64,000 nucleotides of DNA, taken from Octopus vulgaris. Taxonomy: Eukaryota. Where the stretch lies: positions 115,196,001 through 115,260,000 of the forward strand of contig OX597815.1 of assembly GCA_951406725.2 (NCBI GenBank), given 5' to 3'. Position 1 is the first letter of the stretch, and each line of letters begins with the position of its first letter. The notes below the pieces were generated by a model, which was given only the letters and a program-made list of their open reading frames with translations, was not told where the DNA came from and ran no database searches. Positions 49,974-64,000 of this stretch are shown here, one piece after another. A program made the translations under genes and the position numbers.

Positions 49974-52033
49974 AAAATCCACAGTAATATTAGCATTTCA
50001 AAGCCTTCTCTGACCTTCATGCAAATATTTGTATTGACAATTGATACTTGCGTTCTATTTTCTTTTAAATTTTAGGAAAGAGAAAACAATACGTTCGTTG
50101 TTTATGTCTTTGAGCATTGTGTGTTGTATATAAATTGTATAACCATTGGCATAGAATTTCTCTTTGCTATTACATTGTAATCTGATCATTAGTATTGTGT
50201 TTGAATTCATTACAAGGGTGTCCTATTTATATACTGAGTTTTGGGTAATGTTTGTCTACTAATACAATTGATTGCACGACCAATTTTGTCAAGGTGTTCT
50301 GTGCATGAGAGTTATGTTTTCAATATGCTTTTCTGCTTAGTTTGTTGGTCAAACATCTTGTTGCAGACATATGACCCATCAATGAAGAAAGTGTAGTACC
50401 TATATCCAACAAGGAAGCTTCTATGCAATTAGCTGACCTGTTAGAAATTGCAGCTGAATTTCCTTCAAATCAAAGCATATCGCTTTTAAGAAGGAAGGAT
50501 ACATTGAACAATGTAATCCTAGATATACAAAAAGGAAGAGTATGATCATAGCTGGAATTGTTTTGATAATTATCTTTGAAACTGTGGGTTTGTTGGATCA
50601 GGAAGAATCTTTGACTAAACCACAACATTTATGTTGATGAAATGCATAACTTTTGTGATTAATACATTTGTTGGTGAAAAATCCATTAAACTGAAGTTTT
50701 TAAGTAGAAGTTCCTTGTGTTATATTTGTCCTAGCTGAGTTGTACAGATGCTACCAAGCAGAAGAAAACTGTCTGGTAGTTATAATGAAAGAAATATTAT
50801 GGTGGACAATATTAAGACAACTGAAAACAGGCATTTTCCTCTTTTGCCAAGCCTTCATTAACTTCTCCATGCTCAACTTCAACTTGGAGAGGTAGGTTTG
50901 TCCTTGACCAACAAACCTACAATTTTGAAAGTAATTATCAAAACAATTTTAGCTATAACCATCTCTTCTTTGAATGTCTAGGATGTTCAATGTTGTTCAA
51001 TGTATCTTTCCTTTTCAAAAGTGATACATTGTGATTTTAAAGAAATTCAGCTTCTCTTTCTAGCTGATTAGGATAAGCGGTATTGCTCTCCAGCAAATTT
51101 GCTGGGAGGTGACTGAAAGTGACAAAAATAACCCTGGTGACTGGGCCCACTCTGCGTAAGTTTTACTAGACTGGACAGCACAACTGGGCAGCACAAGAGG
51201 AGGCTCTTGCACTTCATGGTAAAGTGATGATTGAATGTATTGGAACATCTCATTTGATTCCTTTTGTATACTGTTGTTTTCCATGCCTGAATCAATTCTA
51301 TGTAAACCCTACCATTAATAATTTATTCTTCTAATTCATTGCCATTTGGTGTGGCAAATAAAAGAAATCATAACTGGTGTATTGGACAAAATACTTAATG
51401 GCATTTCTTCCACTTCTATGCATTCTGAGATCAAATCCCATTGAAGTCAAATTTGCCTTTCAGCCTTTTAGGAGCTGATAAAATAAAGTACCAGTCAAGC
51501 ACTTTCCCTATACCTCAAAATTACTGATCTTGTGTTAAAATTAGGAATTATTATTGAGTGAGAGAGCAGTACATGCTATCAAAGTGACACTGTGATAAAA
51601 TATACGAAGCCCAATATACCCATTATGACTACTTGCCTGTTAAGAGTACACTAGGCACATGCATCACAACCATATATCCAAAACATGGTGATCTCATATC
51701 AAGTTAAACAGTGCATGACCTTGCAAGCGGGTCCCAGTTAGAATTTTCTTCAAGTTGAGTAGCCTATCCCACTCAAAAGGTCCCTGATTAAAGGTTGTCT
51801 AAACCCAAAAGAATTGCTCCCCGACTACTTCTGCTCATGATCAGAGATGCACATATCATCAGCCACTAAGGGACATGCTCAACTGATTAAAGTCAAACAA
51901 CTGACAAGCAAATCTGTGGTATTGAACAGAATATTTGTTCATTTTTTATACCAAGATAAAACAATGTACATGATAACACTTCCACTGCTTTCTTCTTCTC
52001 CTTCTTCTTCTTCTTCTTCTTCTTCTTCTTCTT

Positions 52034-52112
<79 letters not shown>

Positions 52113-52114
52113 GT

Positions 52115-52830
52115 AGTTTTATTTTTTTTATAGCGTGCTTTCACTTCACTACCGAGCGCAGCTCTGTGTGCCTTGGGTATGTGCTGTGATTTGTTGTGAT
52201 GCTCTGATGGTTATTGTATGGAAAGTGTTCTGCGTAGGATGTGTGCAGTGCCTAGTAGTGCAATTTTCTGTATGTTATATGTGTTTGTAAGTCCTGGTGT
52301 TTTTGTTATGTATTTGTCTGAATATTTTTTATCATGCCTAATGCACCTACTATGATAGGAATTGTTTCTGTTTTCAGATTCCACATTCTAGTTACCTCTA
52401 TTTCCAGGTCTTTGTATTTTGAGAGCTTCTCCATTTCTTTTAGAGACACGTTGTCATCAGCCAGTATTGATACATCAATTAGAAAGCATTTTTTTCTTCA
52501 TGGTCTCTGACAACTATATCTGGTCTGTTGGCCTTAATTTCTCTATCTGTGTGTATCGGCATATCCCAGAGTATGGTTGCTTTCTCGTTTTCTGTGACCT
52601 TTTCTGGTGTGTGCCTATACCATCTTTTTTCTGTTGTTATTCCATAATGTTGGCATAGCTTCCAATGTATGTAGGTTCCAACTCTGTCATGTCTGTGAAT
52701 ATATTCCTTCTTAGCCAGGACTGGGCAGCTAGAGATAATATGATTTATTGTTTCTTGTCCATCTCCACATATTCTGCAGTTACTTGTAATATTTCTTTTC
52801 ATTACATGTTTTTAGTAATTTCTGGTGGGG
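52115..52830 (-). mobile_element. R4/Dong-clade non-LTR retrotransposon 3' fragment (CCHC knuckle + restriction-like endonuclease), flanked by (TAA)n; shorter copy at 53540-53730
   Basis: ORF 52479-52802: CRICGDGQETINHIISSC..YIHRHDRV..ILWDMPIHTDREIKANRPDIVV, then ..YKDLEIEV..W..QKIALLGTAHILR.. The CCHC + RHD + PD..D architecture is that of RLE-type LINEs. Confidence 0.9.
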
Positions 52831-52908
<78 letters not shown>

Positions 52909-52909
52909 T

Positions 52910-53125
52910 AGGCGGTGACCTGACACAATCGTTAGCACACAAGTCAAAATACTTAGTGTCATTTTGTTCATCTTTACATTCCGAGTTCAAATTCTGCTGA
53001 GGTCAACTTCTTCTTTCATCCTTTCAGAGTCAATAAAATAAAATAAGTACTGGTAGAGCACTGGGGTCACTGGACTTAACCTCCTGCCCTGAATTTGCTA
53101 GCCTTATGCCAAAATTTGAAACCAT
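52910..53125 (+). mobile_element. SINE family 2 (other copies 51345-51550, 53757-53965)
   Basis: ggcggtgacctgacacaatcgttagcac..gagttcaaattctgctgaggtcaac..ccaaaatttgaaac, preceded by (ATT)n. Confidence 0.75.
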
Positions 53126-53467
53126 TAGTGTTGTTTTGTTGTTGTATTATTATTATATAATTGTTCAACATTTGGCCGTTTGAGGCAAATTTCTTCATCA
53201 TCTGCTACACCTTCATGTTCCTGGGGGTGTGTGCAGCATTGTGTGTTCTCTTCTGTTGTTGGGAGTGTGCAAACCCTTCCCAGTATTGTATTGCATTAGT
53301 TTTTTTCTTTCTTGAGGTGTGGTGCAGTCTTTTGTTGTATTACTGCTTAAATTGTGTGTTGAATGTCTAATGCATTAGTTATCTAGCTTGCTGGTGGAAG
53401 TCTGAAGAGGCGGTACCATTGGCCAATGAGGTAAATCCGAGGCATGGTTATTGCTAGTTGAAAATTA

Positions 53468-53532
<65 letters not shown>

Positions 53533-54816
53533 TAGTCTTATTTTTATTAAGTGTGTTCACTGCACTACTGAGTGCAGCTCTGTGTGTCTTGGGTATGTGC
53601 TGTGGTTTGTTTTGGTGCTGTTATTTTCACTATATTTAAAGTTTTTACGTAGGGTGTATGTAGTGCCTAACAGTGAGATTTTCTGTATGTTATATATATT
53701 CAGAAGTTCTGGTGCTTTGGTTATGTATTTATATTATCATTATTATTAATATTTAAGGTTGTGAGCTGGCAGAATTGTTTGCATGCTGGGCAAAATGTTT
53801 AGCAGTATTTTGTCTGTCTTTACATTTTGAGTTCAAATTCCTCCATGGTCGACTTTGCCTTTCTTCCAATGGGAGTGTTCGATAAAATAAGTACTAGTAC
53901 TGGAGTCGATGTAAACAACTTCCTCCTCCATTCTAACTCTGCTGGACCTGTGCCAAAATCTCAAAACCATTATTATTATTATATCCATTTTACTTCTCAG
54001 AGCTCTTGATTTCACTTGCTTTAGTTATCCAAATAATCTAAATAATTTCCCTAAAAGTTTAGTCATACATTAACTACTTCTGACATTCCTTCACACATTT
54101 TTCTCCTCTTAATCTCCAATATTTTTCTGTTTATCAACTGTTTCCTCTTCACAAGTTTGTAGCCTTGTACCTATTAATTTCTCTCACAAGCCTTGGGCAA
54201 CCTAAGACAATTGTATCTGCCACTTGCCGAAGATGCTATGCAGTGGAGCTGAACTCAGAATTTCATGATTGCGAAGCTTCAGTTGGTACAATTTGTTTAT
54301 GTATGTTTGTGTGTATGTTATGCATGTGTGTGCGTGCACATGTGTGTGTGTGTGTGTATGTTATGCATGTGTGTGTGAGTAACCAGAGCTGCTGGAAGGC
54401 ATCTTACATCTTTAATCCTGTATGTACAATTCATGAGACAGGACTACAACAAAGCCCTTGTTAACCTCCTTTCTTAAACTATTACAGGCCAACTCCAATT
54501 GCCAAAGTGTGTTTTCAGCCAGAAGCAGTGTCCTTCATCTTGACACCAGCAAAGAAAAAGAAAAAAAGGCAAAAGCAAAAACTGCATGCAATATACATTT
54601 ATGATGAATAGTATCTCACATGTACCTGTTGTGTCATCTTCTTTAGAGCTGAAAATGCTGTAAAATCAAGAATTTTGGGGGTGGGTAGTGTGGAGCATAT
54701 CTAATTAGAGGGTTACATTTTCAAACTCTTCCGCTTTACATTAAGACATAAACTTTATATAAACTGTACTTGAGCTTGATGCTACTCATTCATTTCCCCT
54801 TTAGAGAATGACATAG

Positions 54817-54901
54817 TTGTTGTTGTTGACGACGACGATGATGATGGTGGTAGTGGTGGTGTTGGTGTTGGTGTTGGTGTTGGTGGTGGTGGTGGTGGTG
54901 G

Positions 54902-54959
<58 letters not shown>

Positions 54960-54982
54960 GGTGGTGGTGATGGTAGTGGTGG

Positions 54983-55016
<34 letters not shown>

Positions 55017-55034
55017 GGTGATGATGATGATGAT
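54817..55034. repeat. Compound trinucleotide microsatellite (GTT/GAC/GAT/GGT blocks in one frame)
   Basis: Directly visible alternating (GAT)n and (GGT)n blocks. Confidence 0.95.
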
Positions 55035-56727
55035 TTTAAAATGTACTGTAATTTATTGCAATTATATCTGGTTTTTTTTTTTGATATAGCAACTTTGGTA
55101 TTTATGCTATTGTATTAAGTATAATTTTTACACATACGGCTGCTGCTACACAAAAAATGAATGTCATGGTGTACTGTATCTTACTTTTGTTTTCAAGGAG
55201 GTACTCAGGTGAGATGGATGCAGCTTAGCTGAATGACTATCAAGTAAGCTTTGTGATCATGAGGTTTTGCGTTCAATCCTACAGCATGGCATTTCAGGCA
55301 GGTGCCAGATAACATTGCTTCAAGTTGACCCAAATCTTGTAGGTGAAAGTGGGGAGATAGAAACAGTTAGGAAGGTTGTCAGGTCAGATGAACTCTACCT
55401 GTTATTCAAAATCTGCAGCTTTGTCACAGTGTATGATACGGACTCCACCTGAGGATTATGTTAACTGGAATACTCAGCCACTTAGCTGTTAATACAATGA
55501 GTAGGTAATTCAGTTGAGTGAACAACTGAATACTCAACATTGAAACTGATGGAGACCCAGTTACTTGGTTGAAGGACATCATTCCTCTTGGAAAAGGTGC
55601 CAGTGTACCAACAGCTCTGCATGCAAAAATATCATACAATACACACAAACAACTTGTACTTCCATGTGTTTCTTCATTTACATCAAGGTAGACTGAACCA
55701 TTAAGAATTAAGAGCCTTTTCCTTAGATGTACACCAATTTAATAACAGGATGCAGACCTTCAACTCTTCAGCCTATACAATAAGTGTGTAACCCTAAAAT
55801 TCTTAACTCTTCTCTGCAATTTCTTGTAAATTAAACAAGTAATTTAACAACCTAACAAATCTCCTTCGAATCATATCCTACCATCTCGATAATACAGTCT
55901 TTGGTACACTATATCTGAAAAAAAAAAAAAAAAGATGGAATGATCATGGCTAGAACATCTTTGATTACAGGTTTGCTCAATCAAAAATTACTTGTAGTAA
56001 AACAACAGCAGTAGCAATTTAAAGAGAAATACTTATTTTCTATTCTATTTCATTCTGTACACATTGGTTTTGAATTGATTTCAATTTAGGAAAATAAAAA
56101 AAAAATTATAAAATAAAAAGACCTTCATGAGTGTTACATATTTGAACAACTAGACTTTATTGAATAAGAATTTGTGAACTACAAGACTGTAAATTCAAGA
56201 CTGAGATGAAGGCAAAATTTGAATCCTGCATTTAAAAATACTAACTCAAGTATTCTACTGTTGAACAAATATAAACCTAGAAGAGTTTAAATTGCATTAA
56301 CATCACCCAGTTATAGTTATCTTTTAGATCAGTGATTCTTAACCTGGAGATATAATGAGTTCACAAGGAAATGGAGTACCATGGGGGAGGTTGCACTATG
56401 GTGGAGAGGGTGCTTTTTATTTAGAGGGGTCTTGATTTCTCTTAAAAATAAAATATTTAAACCATGTACACAATACTTATATTTTAAGCATATTTTCAAA
56501 AAAATGTTTGTGAGGATTAAAATATTAGTTGGACATTGAGATATCAGAGAAGAGGACTTACTATGTACCAGAGTTGAGTATAATAATTTTATTATGTGTT
56601 TGTGTCTTCTTTAATAATTTCCATAAAAATTTGATATAGGATGCAAAAGTCAATGGAAATATCTAAAATGCAACACAAGCTGGATGGGGTTAGTAATCAG
56701 AAATATAGATAATATAGACAGTATAGA

Positions 56728-57184
56728 AGTGTGGCTGTGTGATAAGAAGTTTGCTTCCTAACCACATGGTTCTGGGTTCAGTCCCACTGCATGACACCTT
56801 GAGCAAATGTCTTCTACTATAACCACAGGCCAACCAAAGCCTTGTGAGTGGATTTTCAGGACAGAAACTGAAAGAAGCTGGTCATCATCATCATCATCAT
56901 TTAACGTCCATTCTCCATGCTGATATGGGTTGGATGGTATGTCCAGAGCTGGCAAACTGGGGTTGGGGGTTGGGGGGAGGATGCACCAGACCCCAATCTA
57001 ATTTGGCATGGTTTCTATGGCCAGATGCCTTTCCTAATACCAACCACTTTACTTAGTGTGCTGGATGCTTTTACATAGCACTGCATGAGTGCTTTAACAT
57101 GGCACTGCATGGGTGCTCATATGTGGTTACCACACAGGCACTTTTACATGGCACTGCCATGTATGTACTTATGTACCTACATAC

Positions 57185-57237
<53 letters not shown>

Positions 57238-57460
57238 ATCATTATCTATTACATATGCAGATGCATGACTGTGTTTGTCCTCTACTGCCACTTGACAACC
57301 AGTTAGTTAAATCCTTGTAACTTAACAGTTCAGTAAAAGAGACTGATAAAATAAGTACCAGGCTTAAAAAGTGAGTACTGGCGTTTGATTCATTTGATTA
57401 AAATTCTTCAAAGCAGTGCTCCAGCATGGCTGAAGTCTAATGACAGAAAAACATTAAAAA
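56728..57460 (+). mobile_element. SINE family 1 with an RTE tail inserted at its internal microsatellite
   Basis: 5' half 56728-56878, minus-strand RTE tail about 56882-57160, 3' half about 57265-57460. Confidence 0.7.
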
Positions 57461-60400
57461 TTTATAGGATTAAACCAATGCACAAAGTTTGTTTCAGTTT
57501 GATTAAACTAATGCTTTTATTTTTTCTCAAAACATGTGAAGGAGGTATTTATAAGACACCATTTGGTGAAATGGGCGTTGGCTACGAAAGGTTGAAAACC
57601 TCTGCTTTATACATACAGGTTTGAAGTAGCTAAAGGCATTGATATCTACGTAATACTTTTTAACTGATAAAAAGACATATTTCCACTACATATACTGATT
57701 CTACTAACAAAACATTAAAATATTTTGTTATATGAGAATCAGTTTTTGTTACACATGTCCTTCGGGAGAGAAATGTTTAAGATATAGGTAATAGCTTGTG
57801 AACCATTGTTACAAAGAAAGAAAAAAGTTTAGAAAGTTGTATTCAACTTACTTCTTTTATATTTGCATGGAAATACAACAAAGCAAAACTGAATACAATA
57901 AAAGTTTACAAGTTTGAACTCAAGAAAAAGCTCAACAATTAAAACTATGTCAGCAACTAAAGGTTATTTTTTTTTATGCATTTGAAATATATATTTTTCT
58001 TTGCTTGTATCTATATTAGAGTTACTAAGCATTGTTGGAAGAAAAATTATGCAAATATATGCCTTTCACACTTCATACACATAGCATAGGTATCTATTAA
58101 ACTATTTTACGTCTACATATTGCAAATGTAATATATACAATTAATGCAGCATCATCATTTTTTGCGTCTGTGTTGCCATCATTGTCATTATTACCACCAC
58201 CACCACCACCATCGTCGTTTTATGTCTGCTTTCCATGCTAGCATTGGTTGGAAGAGTATTCACGGTTGGAGTCAGCATGTATTCAGGGGTACTACTTACA
58301 TAGATGGGTTGAAAGATCTCATCTCACTTGTGTTTCATTTTTGGTTTAGTTTCTGTGAATAGATGTCCTTTTGAAGACCAGCCTCTTTACAGAGTGTACT
58401 GGGTGAGTTTTTCATGACACATGCACTAGAGAAATAGCCAACACAACAAAAGAAACTCCACTACTTCGTATGTCTGCTTGCTCACTAGATTCTTTAAAAA
58501 GTGAGGAACCTGATTAATAGAGACATGAGTTATAATGATAGGAGGGATATGCAACAAAGGGGAGAGTACTCAGTATTCTGAGATAGGTGTGTGTATTCAA
58601 GACTAGGTAGTGTGACTGAGATGGCAGGGATGTGATAGAAGTCTATGATGCCCAGGGGATAGAGAGCTATGACAGAGACTTAGGAAGTATGGGCGAAAAG
58701 GTGCAAGGTATGATTGCAGTCATGGAGACAGGGTGTGATGACAGGCAGTATAGAGTGGAGGATGAAGGTAGTGTAAAATAAGCAAATGTTATATGTAACC
58801 ACATATACATATACATATACATATTCATAGGCTATGAAGTGGACTGGATCAAAAGATGAATGTGATAGCAGGGGTAATGGTAAGTAGGCAAGTCTTTACA
58901 ACACAAAGGTGTGTAGGAAACAGGGTGAGAATAGGTGCAGGGGTATTTTTAGTTACCCTTGAGGCATTGTACAGTGAACAGTAAACAAAAGAGATCTACT
59001 GTCCCCCCAGTCATATTAGAAACCTACATAGTACAATGAGGATTGAGAAGAGGATGGAATGATCCAGAGATGAGCAATAGGCATGGCTGAAAGAATGTGA
59101 TGTATGGCAAATAGACGTGTAAAAATGGCATTGGCGAGAGGATACAACGTGTGACAACCAAAAGACATCTAATGTCAACCTTAGTCACACTGATAACATA
59201 ATTGAGTGAGATTGAGCACAGAAGGAAATGATTGAGAGATAAGTAATTGAGAGATAGGAGTAGGAAGCAAGAGAGATGAAATGATATATCATTGGACTAT
59301 ATATTATTAAATATTTGTATAGCAATCTCTATAGAAAGCATATGTATCATGATATTTTTGTACAGGTCATGAAGACATCTTATTATCAATAGATATTTTA
59401 AACTCTTGTCTTCATCTGATATTTCACAAGCAACAAATAAGTTTACTGTTAATATTCAATTTCCACAGTTGAGGTGCTATTTTACATAGTGTTTTTTAAA
59501 AATATATTGCAAAATAAATCAATCTGTATTGCTTATCTTTATAACAATACCCAACAATTTTATATTACATTACAGTTAACCATGCTGCATAGCAATATAG
59601 TGGTTCAATTATGGAGCCACAAATTTGTTAGCTTCAAATGTTGAGTCTAAATCCTGTGCATAATTCTATGTTTTACTTTCAGAGGATGTCAACAGCTGTA
59701 TGGAATCCATATCACTGGAATTAATTCTTTATCTTTCAAAAGTAACAAATCTCTACAGAGCAGAGATTGTTATACAAATATATCAATGTGTATAATACAT
59801 TTATAAACCATTTCATGTGGTATTAGAACTGAAATGAATTCATGGTAAATTACCAAATGGAAATTTGTCCCATTTTATATAGAGGAAATAGATCAGGGCA
59901 TACAAATTTTGTCTTTTTTAGCAGAAAAGGGAGAAAACAAATAACTACTTATATCAAGAAGATATTATTGATTGCACCTTACCCCACCAGCCTACTTAAA
60001 CATGAGCAGAATCTAGTTCCAAATATTAAATGTTAGACCTCATTCTCTGAGGAATTCTCATGATGAAAGCACTTCCTTAACATAGCCAGGGATCACACCT
60101 AAAAGACTGGCCCTTCTTTTCAAGGACTGAAAATATTTCAATCTCCTCAACAGTTGCTGCCATTCTACAAAGCTCAGGTAAGGTAACTATAATGACCTCT
60201 GCACTTCAGATTTGGCTGGCTGGTCCCATATCATCTTTACTCATGTTCTTCAACTCACTCATTTATCTGCCTATTATCAGCCATGATGTCTCTAATCCAG
60301 CTAGGCTCCACATTAACCATTAAATACTGTCCTTCCACCCCAGAACATTGGCCCTCTGGAGTTCCTTCTTTGCTCATGTCTTTTCTTGCAACACTTTAAG

Positions 60401-61420
60401 TAGAGCTTAGCTACATTGATCTCATCTGTTTAGGAGGGTCTACAAAGGCCATAAGCATGGTCCCTTCATCTAGCCCTTGCAAGTAAAAACATAAATTGAT
60501 AGATACAGTATCTATGTACATAAGATGTGGAGTTAAGTAAATATCACCTAAGCTCTGATCATCACTTAAGAGTTAGTGCTCAGCTCTGGTTTTGTAGTAA
60601 TTTGCTACATTATATAAATCTCTTCTGGGATAGGAAATCAGTATATCTCACCATACATTTCAGATAAACTGATGCTGCATTTTCTGGCATCCAAATCGAT
60701 GTAGCATATAGTATAAAGATGAAGTGTAAACATTCAAACAATTTCAATATCTTTCCAAATCCTACTGCATTTCACATGGAATTTTTTGTCCTCCTAAGTT
60801 GTCTTGGTGTATACTACTTAATTTTTAGCTGTAAATTTTGGTTTGGAAAATTCAACTTGTATGTTGGTAAAATGCATTATATATTTTTAACAGCTTGGTA
60901 ATCTGAGGTATATAGGCTTTAACACACAGTACAAATATTAAAAAAAATGCCTAAAGTGTGTTCATAGATCAGTTTCATATTGATTTAATCATCTTGCAGT
61001 AAGAATTGATAGTGAGAATACTTTTTCATTTGTGAAAACTTGTAGAAAATAGCAATTAAAATAAACAACTGTCAACTGTCAGTTCCATCTACACACCTCA
61101 GGCAATGAAGGAGCCTCTATACAAGAAATAGCAGCCATACCTTAGTGTCTCAAAGATAGACAAGATATATTTGTAATGAGATCCCTAAAAAGGTGAGATG
61201 GTCATGGTTGTAATATTTTCAATCATATGTCTGCTTGATTGCTGTTGATTTTAGGCTTAATAATAACATATCTCACAGTGATATGGAAATAAAATGAAAA
61301 AAGGAGGGGAAAAATTCTGATAGATAGCATCAGTTAAAGAGAAATAGTAGAATGATATTTCATTCCTGGATTATAAATAGATTTGGAGTTTGCCATCATT
61401 GGTTTGTAGTGATGCTACTG

Positions 61421-61988
61421 TGTAAGGTTCAGTGTGCATGCGCAGAATGGGACTACTTCCGGGTGGCCACCGGAAGTCTTCCCTATGCGCATGTGCGGGA
61501 AACTGACCCCTAAGGCACAGTCCACTCACTCACTCTCTCTGGCCCCAACAGTGCTCGTGAACAGACGTGCATTAGAAGTCTCTGAGAACTACGCATCGAC
61601 TTAGCAGCGGACACATCGAACCACTTCGACCAGCCTACAAGAAGCAGTACAACAGATACGGCTGTCGGTCCCCCTCAGAAATAGGCACACCAGATCAACA
61701 CCATCACGAGTAATAAAACAACATTTGCTGTCTTTCCCAGATAACCTGACTTCGTCTGTTATCATTCATCATCATCATCATCATCATCGTTTAACGTCCA
61801 TTCTCCATGCTAGCATGGGTTGGACGGTTCGACCGAGGATCTGGGAAGCCAGAAGGCTGCACCAGGCTCCAGTCTTATCTGGCAATGTTTCTACAGCTGG
61901 ATGCCCTTCCTAACGCCAACCACTCCGTGAATGTGCTGGGATCGGATCGGACACCCCTTCAGTGATACCGATTCCAGATCCTGTTACA
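61421..61988 (+). mobile_element. LTR-like element (Gypsy/BEL-type) interrupted by an RTE tail (about 61765-61930)
   Basis: Termini TGTAA...TTACA, followed by a-TTGGTGA (start of a PBS-like sequence). Internal AATAAA at about 61712. CpG-rich. Confidence 0.6.
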
Positions 61989-62548
61989 ATTGGTGATTAT
62001 TCCCAGTGATATAAACAGTCATCTCTATTTCCTCTAATTGTGCCACCCATTCTACCCCCTTTCTTTGTCACTCTTCACTGTGATATATTTTCCTACTTCA
62101 TGTATCAGTCGAATTAGTAGACACACAACTACATATTCTTTGGATTTATTATTTGAAGAGAGCCATGGCATAGTAATGGTGAAGTAAAAATATCAAATGA
62201 CCTGAACCAACTCATGTTCACCATAGTCCTTATGCTAAACTTCAGTTTGATGAGAGACTATGTTGTATATTGTAGGGTCATGTTGAGTGTAATGAGACAA
62301 TCATTAAATGTTGAATCCACTTTGAAGTCAAACATGTTAACCTATGAATGAAAGCTTCAGTGCTACTTGTTGCAGAGATGGACAAATTAGAAGCAATCGA
62401 TGTGTGATTTTTTGAGATTCACTGAACATGGAGATAAAACTTGGACATGATTTGAACCTGGCAAAGCAACTGATGTTGCTGCTATTTTATTTTTATTTGT
62501 TTAGAGAATAGGGATATGTCCATAATGATTGTAAGCATTTATAAGTGC

Positions 62549-62850
62549 AGGAGTGGTTGTGTGGTAAGTAGCTTGCTTACCAACTACATGGTTCCAAGAT
62601 CAGTTCCACTGTGTGGCACCTTGAGCAAGTGTCTTCCACTATAGCCTTGGGCCGACCAAAGCCTTGTGAGTGGATTTGGTAGACGAAAACTAGTGTGCTT
62701 ATGTCCCCATAGCTTAGCGGTTTGGGAAAAGAGACTGATAGAATAAGTACTAGGCTCAGAAAGAATACGTCTTAGGGTTGATTTGCTCACCTAAAGGTGG
62801 TGCTCCAGCATGGCTGCAGTCAAAAGACTGAAACAAATAAAGGAATAAAA
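62549..62850 (+). mobile_element. SINE family 1 lacking the internal microsatellite
   Basis: ggagtggttgtgtggtaagtagcttgc..gtgagtggatttggtagacg|..ccatagcttagcggtt..gtgctccagcatggctgcagtcaaa. Confidence 0.8.
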
Positions 62851-63229
62851 TTCTGGTGACCAGTCAGATTACTACTTTTAATGTATATGTGTAATTTGTG
62901 TTTGCCTGGTTCTGGTAGGACAGATACTAATTTTTAATGGTGCTATAGTGTTTTGTAGCTTTTCTCATTGTGTCTAGGTGTTTGTGGGTGGATTAGTTAT
63001 TGAAACTTTGTCAGTTGGAGCAGGTTGCAATCCTGAATCATATTTCTTGTTTGTTTCAATGGTCCTTCTGTTTAGTTGTTTAAAAGGCCTATGGGTGTGG
63101 TATATTAAACCACCTGTCATAATGCTATAATCTATACTTTTAAAAAGTATATCAGTTTTTAAATGTAGCTTTCTTTGACACAATTATAGCAAAAGTTTTT
63201 TACTGGTTAATCAGAAGAGCAGGTCAGTG

Positions 63230-63830
63230 CCAATGACTTTCACAGGTCTTTGCTCCAACTGGCAAACCTGATATGGATAATATTCAGCTTGAACAGCTGG
63301 CTGACATCTACAGGAAAAGCGTAAGTAGAGAGTAAAGTTCAGAGGGTTGAAGTTCTGAAGAAGAACAATTGAATGTTGTGTTTACTGTGGGAACTTAAAG
63401 GTGAGATATGGTAGTAGTTACAAAAAGAGCAAGGATGATATGTTTTGAATGGGTGACAAGATTTTGGAGCTTGTTAGCTAAGAGGGGAAGAGGTCTTTCA
63501 ATAACTATAGAAGAAAGACAAATAAAAAACTATGCCTGTAAAGTAGTGGTTCTAGTGTCTTCCTGCCAATCAACCAAATAACCTTTTTGATTCTGACTAG
63601 GATGTTTGTGCATGTAGCAGCAGTGGTGTCCCAGAAATTTGAACAAAACCCTAATATGAGTCATACTTGGGTTTTAAAGAGAATCAGCAAGCGATGAGGA
63701 TCAGACAATTTTCTGGCCCTGAAGAGAAATCCTAGTCTTTGGGATGAAGTTTTGGTATTATGTAAAGTCTGTTTGAAGGTTCATTTGAGATTGTGAGGCC
63801 AAGCATACGTAGAGACTTTGTAGTTGCTTA
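63230..63830 (-). mobile_element. Old CR1/L2/Jockey-group LINE fragment (post-RT region)
   Basis: Minus strand ..KRLGFLFRARKLSDPHRLLILFKTQV*LILGFCSNFWD..ILVRIKKVIWLIG resembles 'KLGFLFRAR...LL.LYK.QVRP.LEYCS..W'. Confidence 0.6.
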
Positions 63831-64000
63831 ACCTGCAAGAAATAGCGACTAAATTTCCTCATATCACACTGTACAGTCTTAAAAAAGGAATGGTATACTG
63901 GTCAGTATAGTCCTAGAAATACAAAATGGCAGAATGCTCAGGACTGAAGTGTGTTTCATCATAGGACAGCTAAATCAGAGTTGACAACAATTCCGAGGGT

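Noticed and set aside
53395-53460. CTGAAGAG + hairpin (TACC-ATTGGCCAAT-GAGGTA) as a possible hammerhead
   Set aside because: The required GAAA is GAGG and stem I does not pair convincingly. It probably belongs to a LINE fragment.
58520-59290. Purine-rich strand-biased stretch as a possible coding or regulatory region
   Set aside because: No ORF or recognisable motif. Most likely decayed low-complexity or TE sequence, and I cannot support a call.

Overview
Eukaryotic, AT-rich, repeat-saturated animal DNA. The SINE families, RTE 3' tails and dense (TA)/(CA)/(CAT)/(ATT) microsatellites strongly suggest an Octopus/coleoid cephalopod genome (pattern recognition, not a database result). The only host coding sequence I can support is a 51-nt first coding exon on the minus strand (3723..3673, MSLETKLTIPEFELWIK|gtaagt). 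It looks like the N-terminus of a CLIC chloride intracellular channel gene and lies next to a CpG-rich CCAAT/E2F/NRF1 promoter at about 3.9-4.0 kb. The rest is non-coding and filled with transposon debris: RTE, R4/Dong and CR1-like LINEs, a decayed Penelope ORF, three SINE families, Tc1/mariner, hAT and Helitron-like elements, and one LTR. The most interesting signal is a set of small, sequence-unrelated non-coding elements beside (TA)n tracts that carry type I hammerhead-ribozyme cores. They are a partial-tandem mini-element (13.8-14.4 kb), two head-to-head palindromes (15.4-15.9 kb; 28.7-29.0 kb, the latter with a U3-A8 core variant), a three-copy family with compensatory stem changes (8.8, 32.8, 48.2 kb) and one degenerate copy (22.1 kb). 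They look like Penelope-derived, retrozyme-like elements. Most ORFs in the supplied track are microsatellite or TE artefacts. Coordinates were counted by eye, and TE boundaries are approximate.
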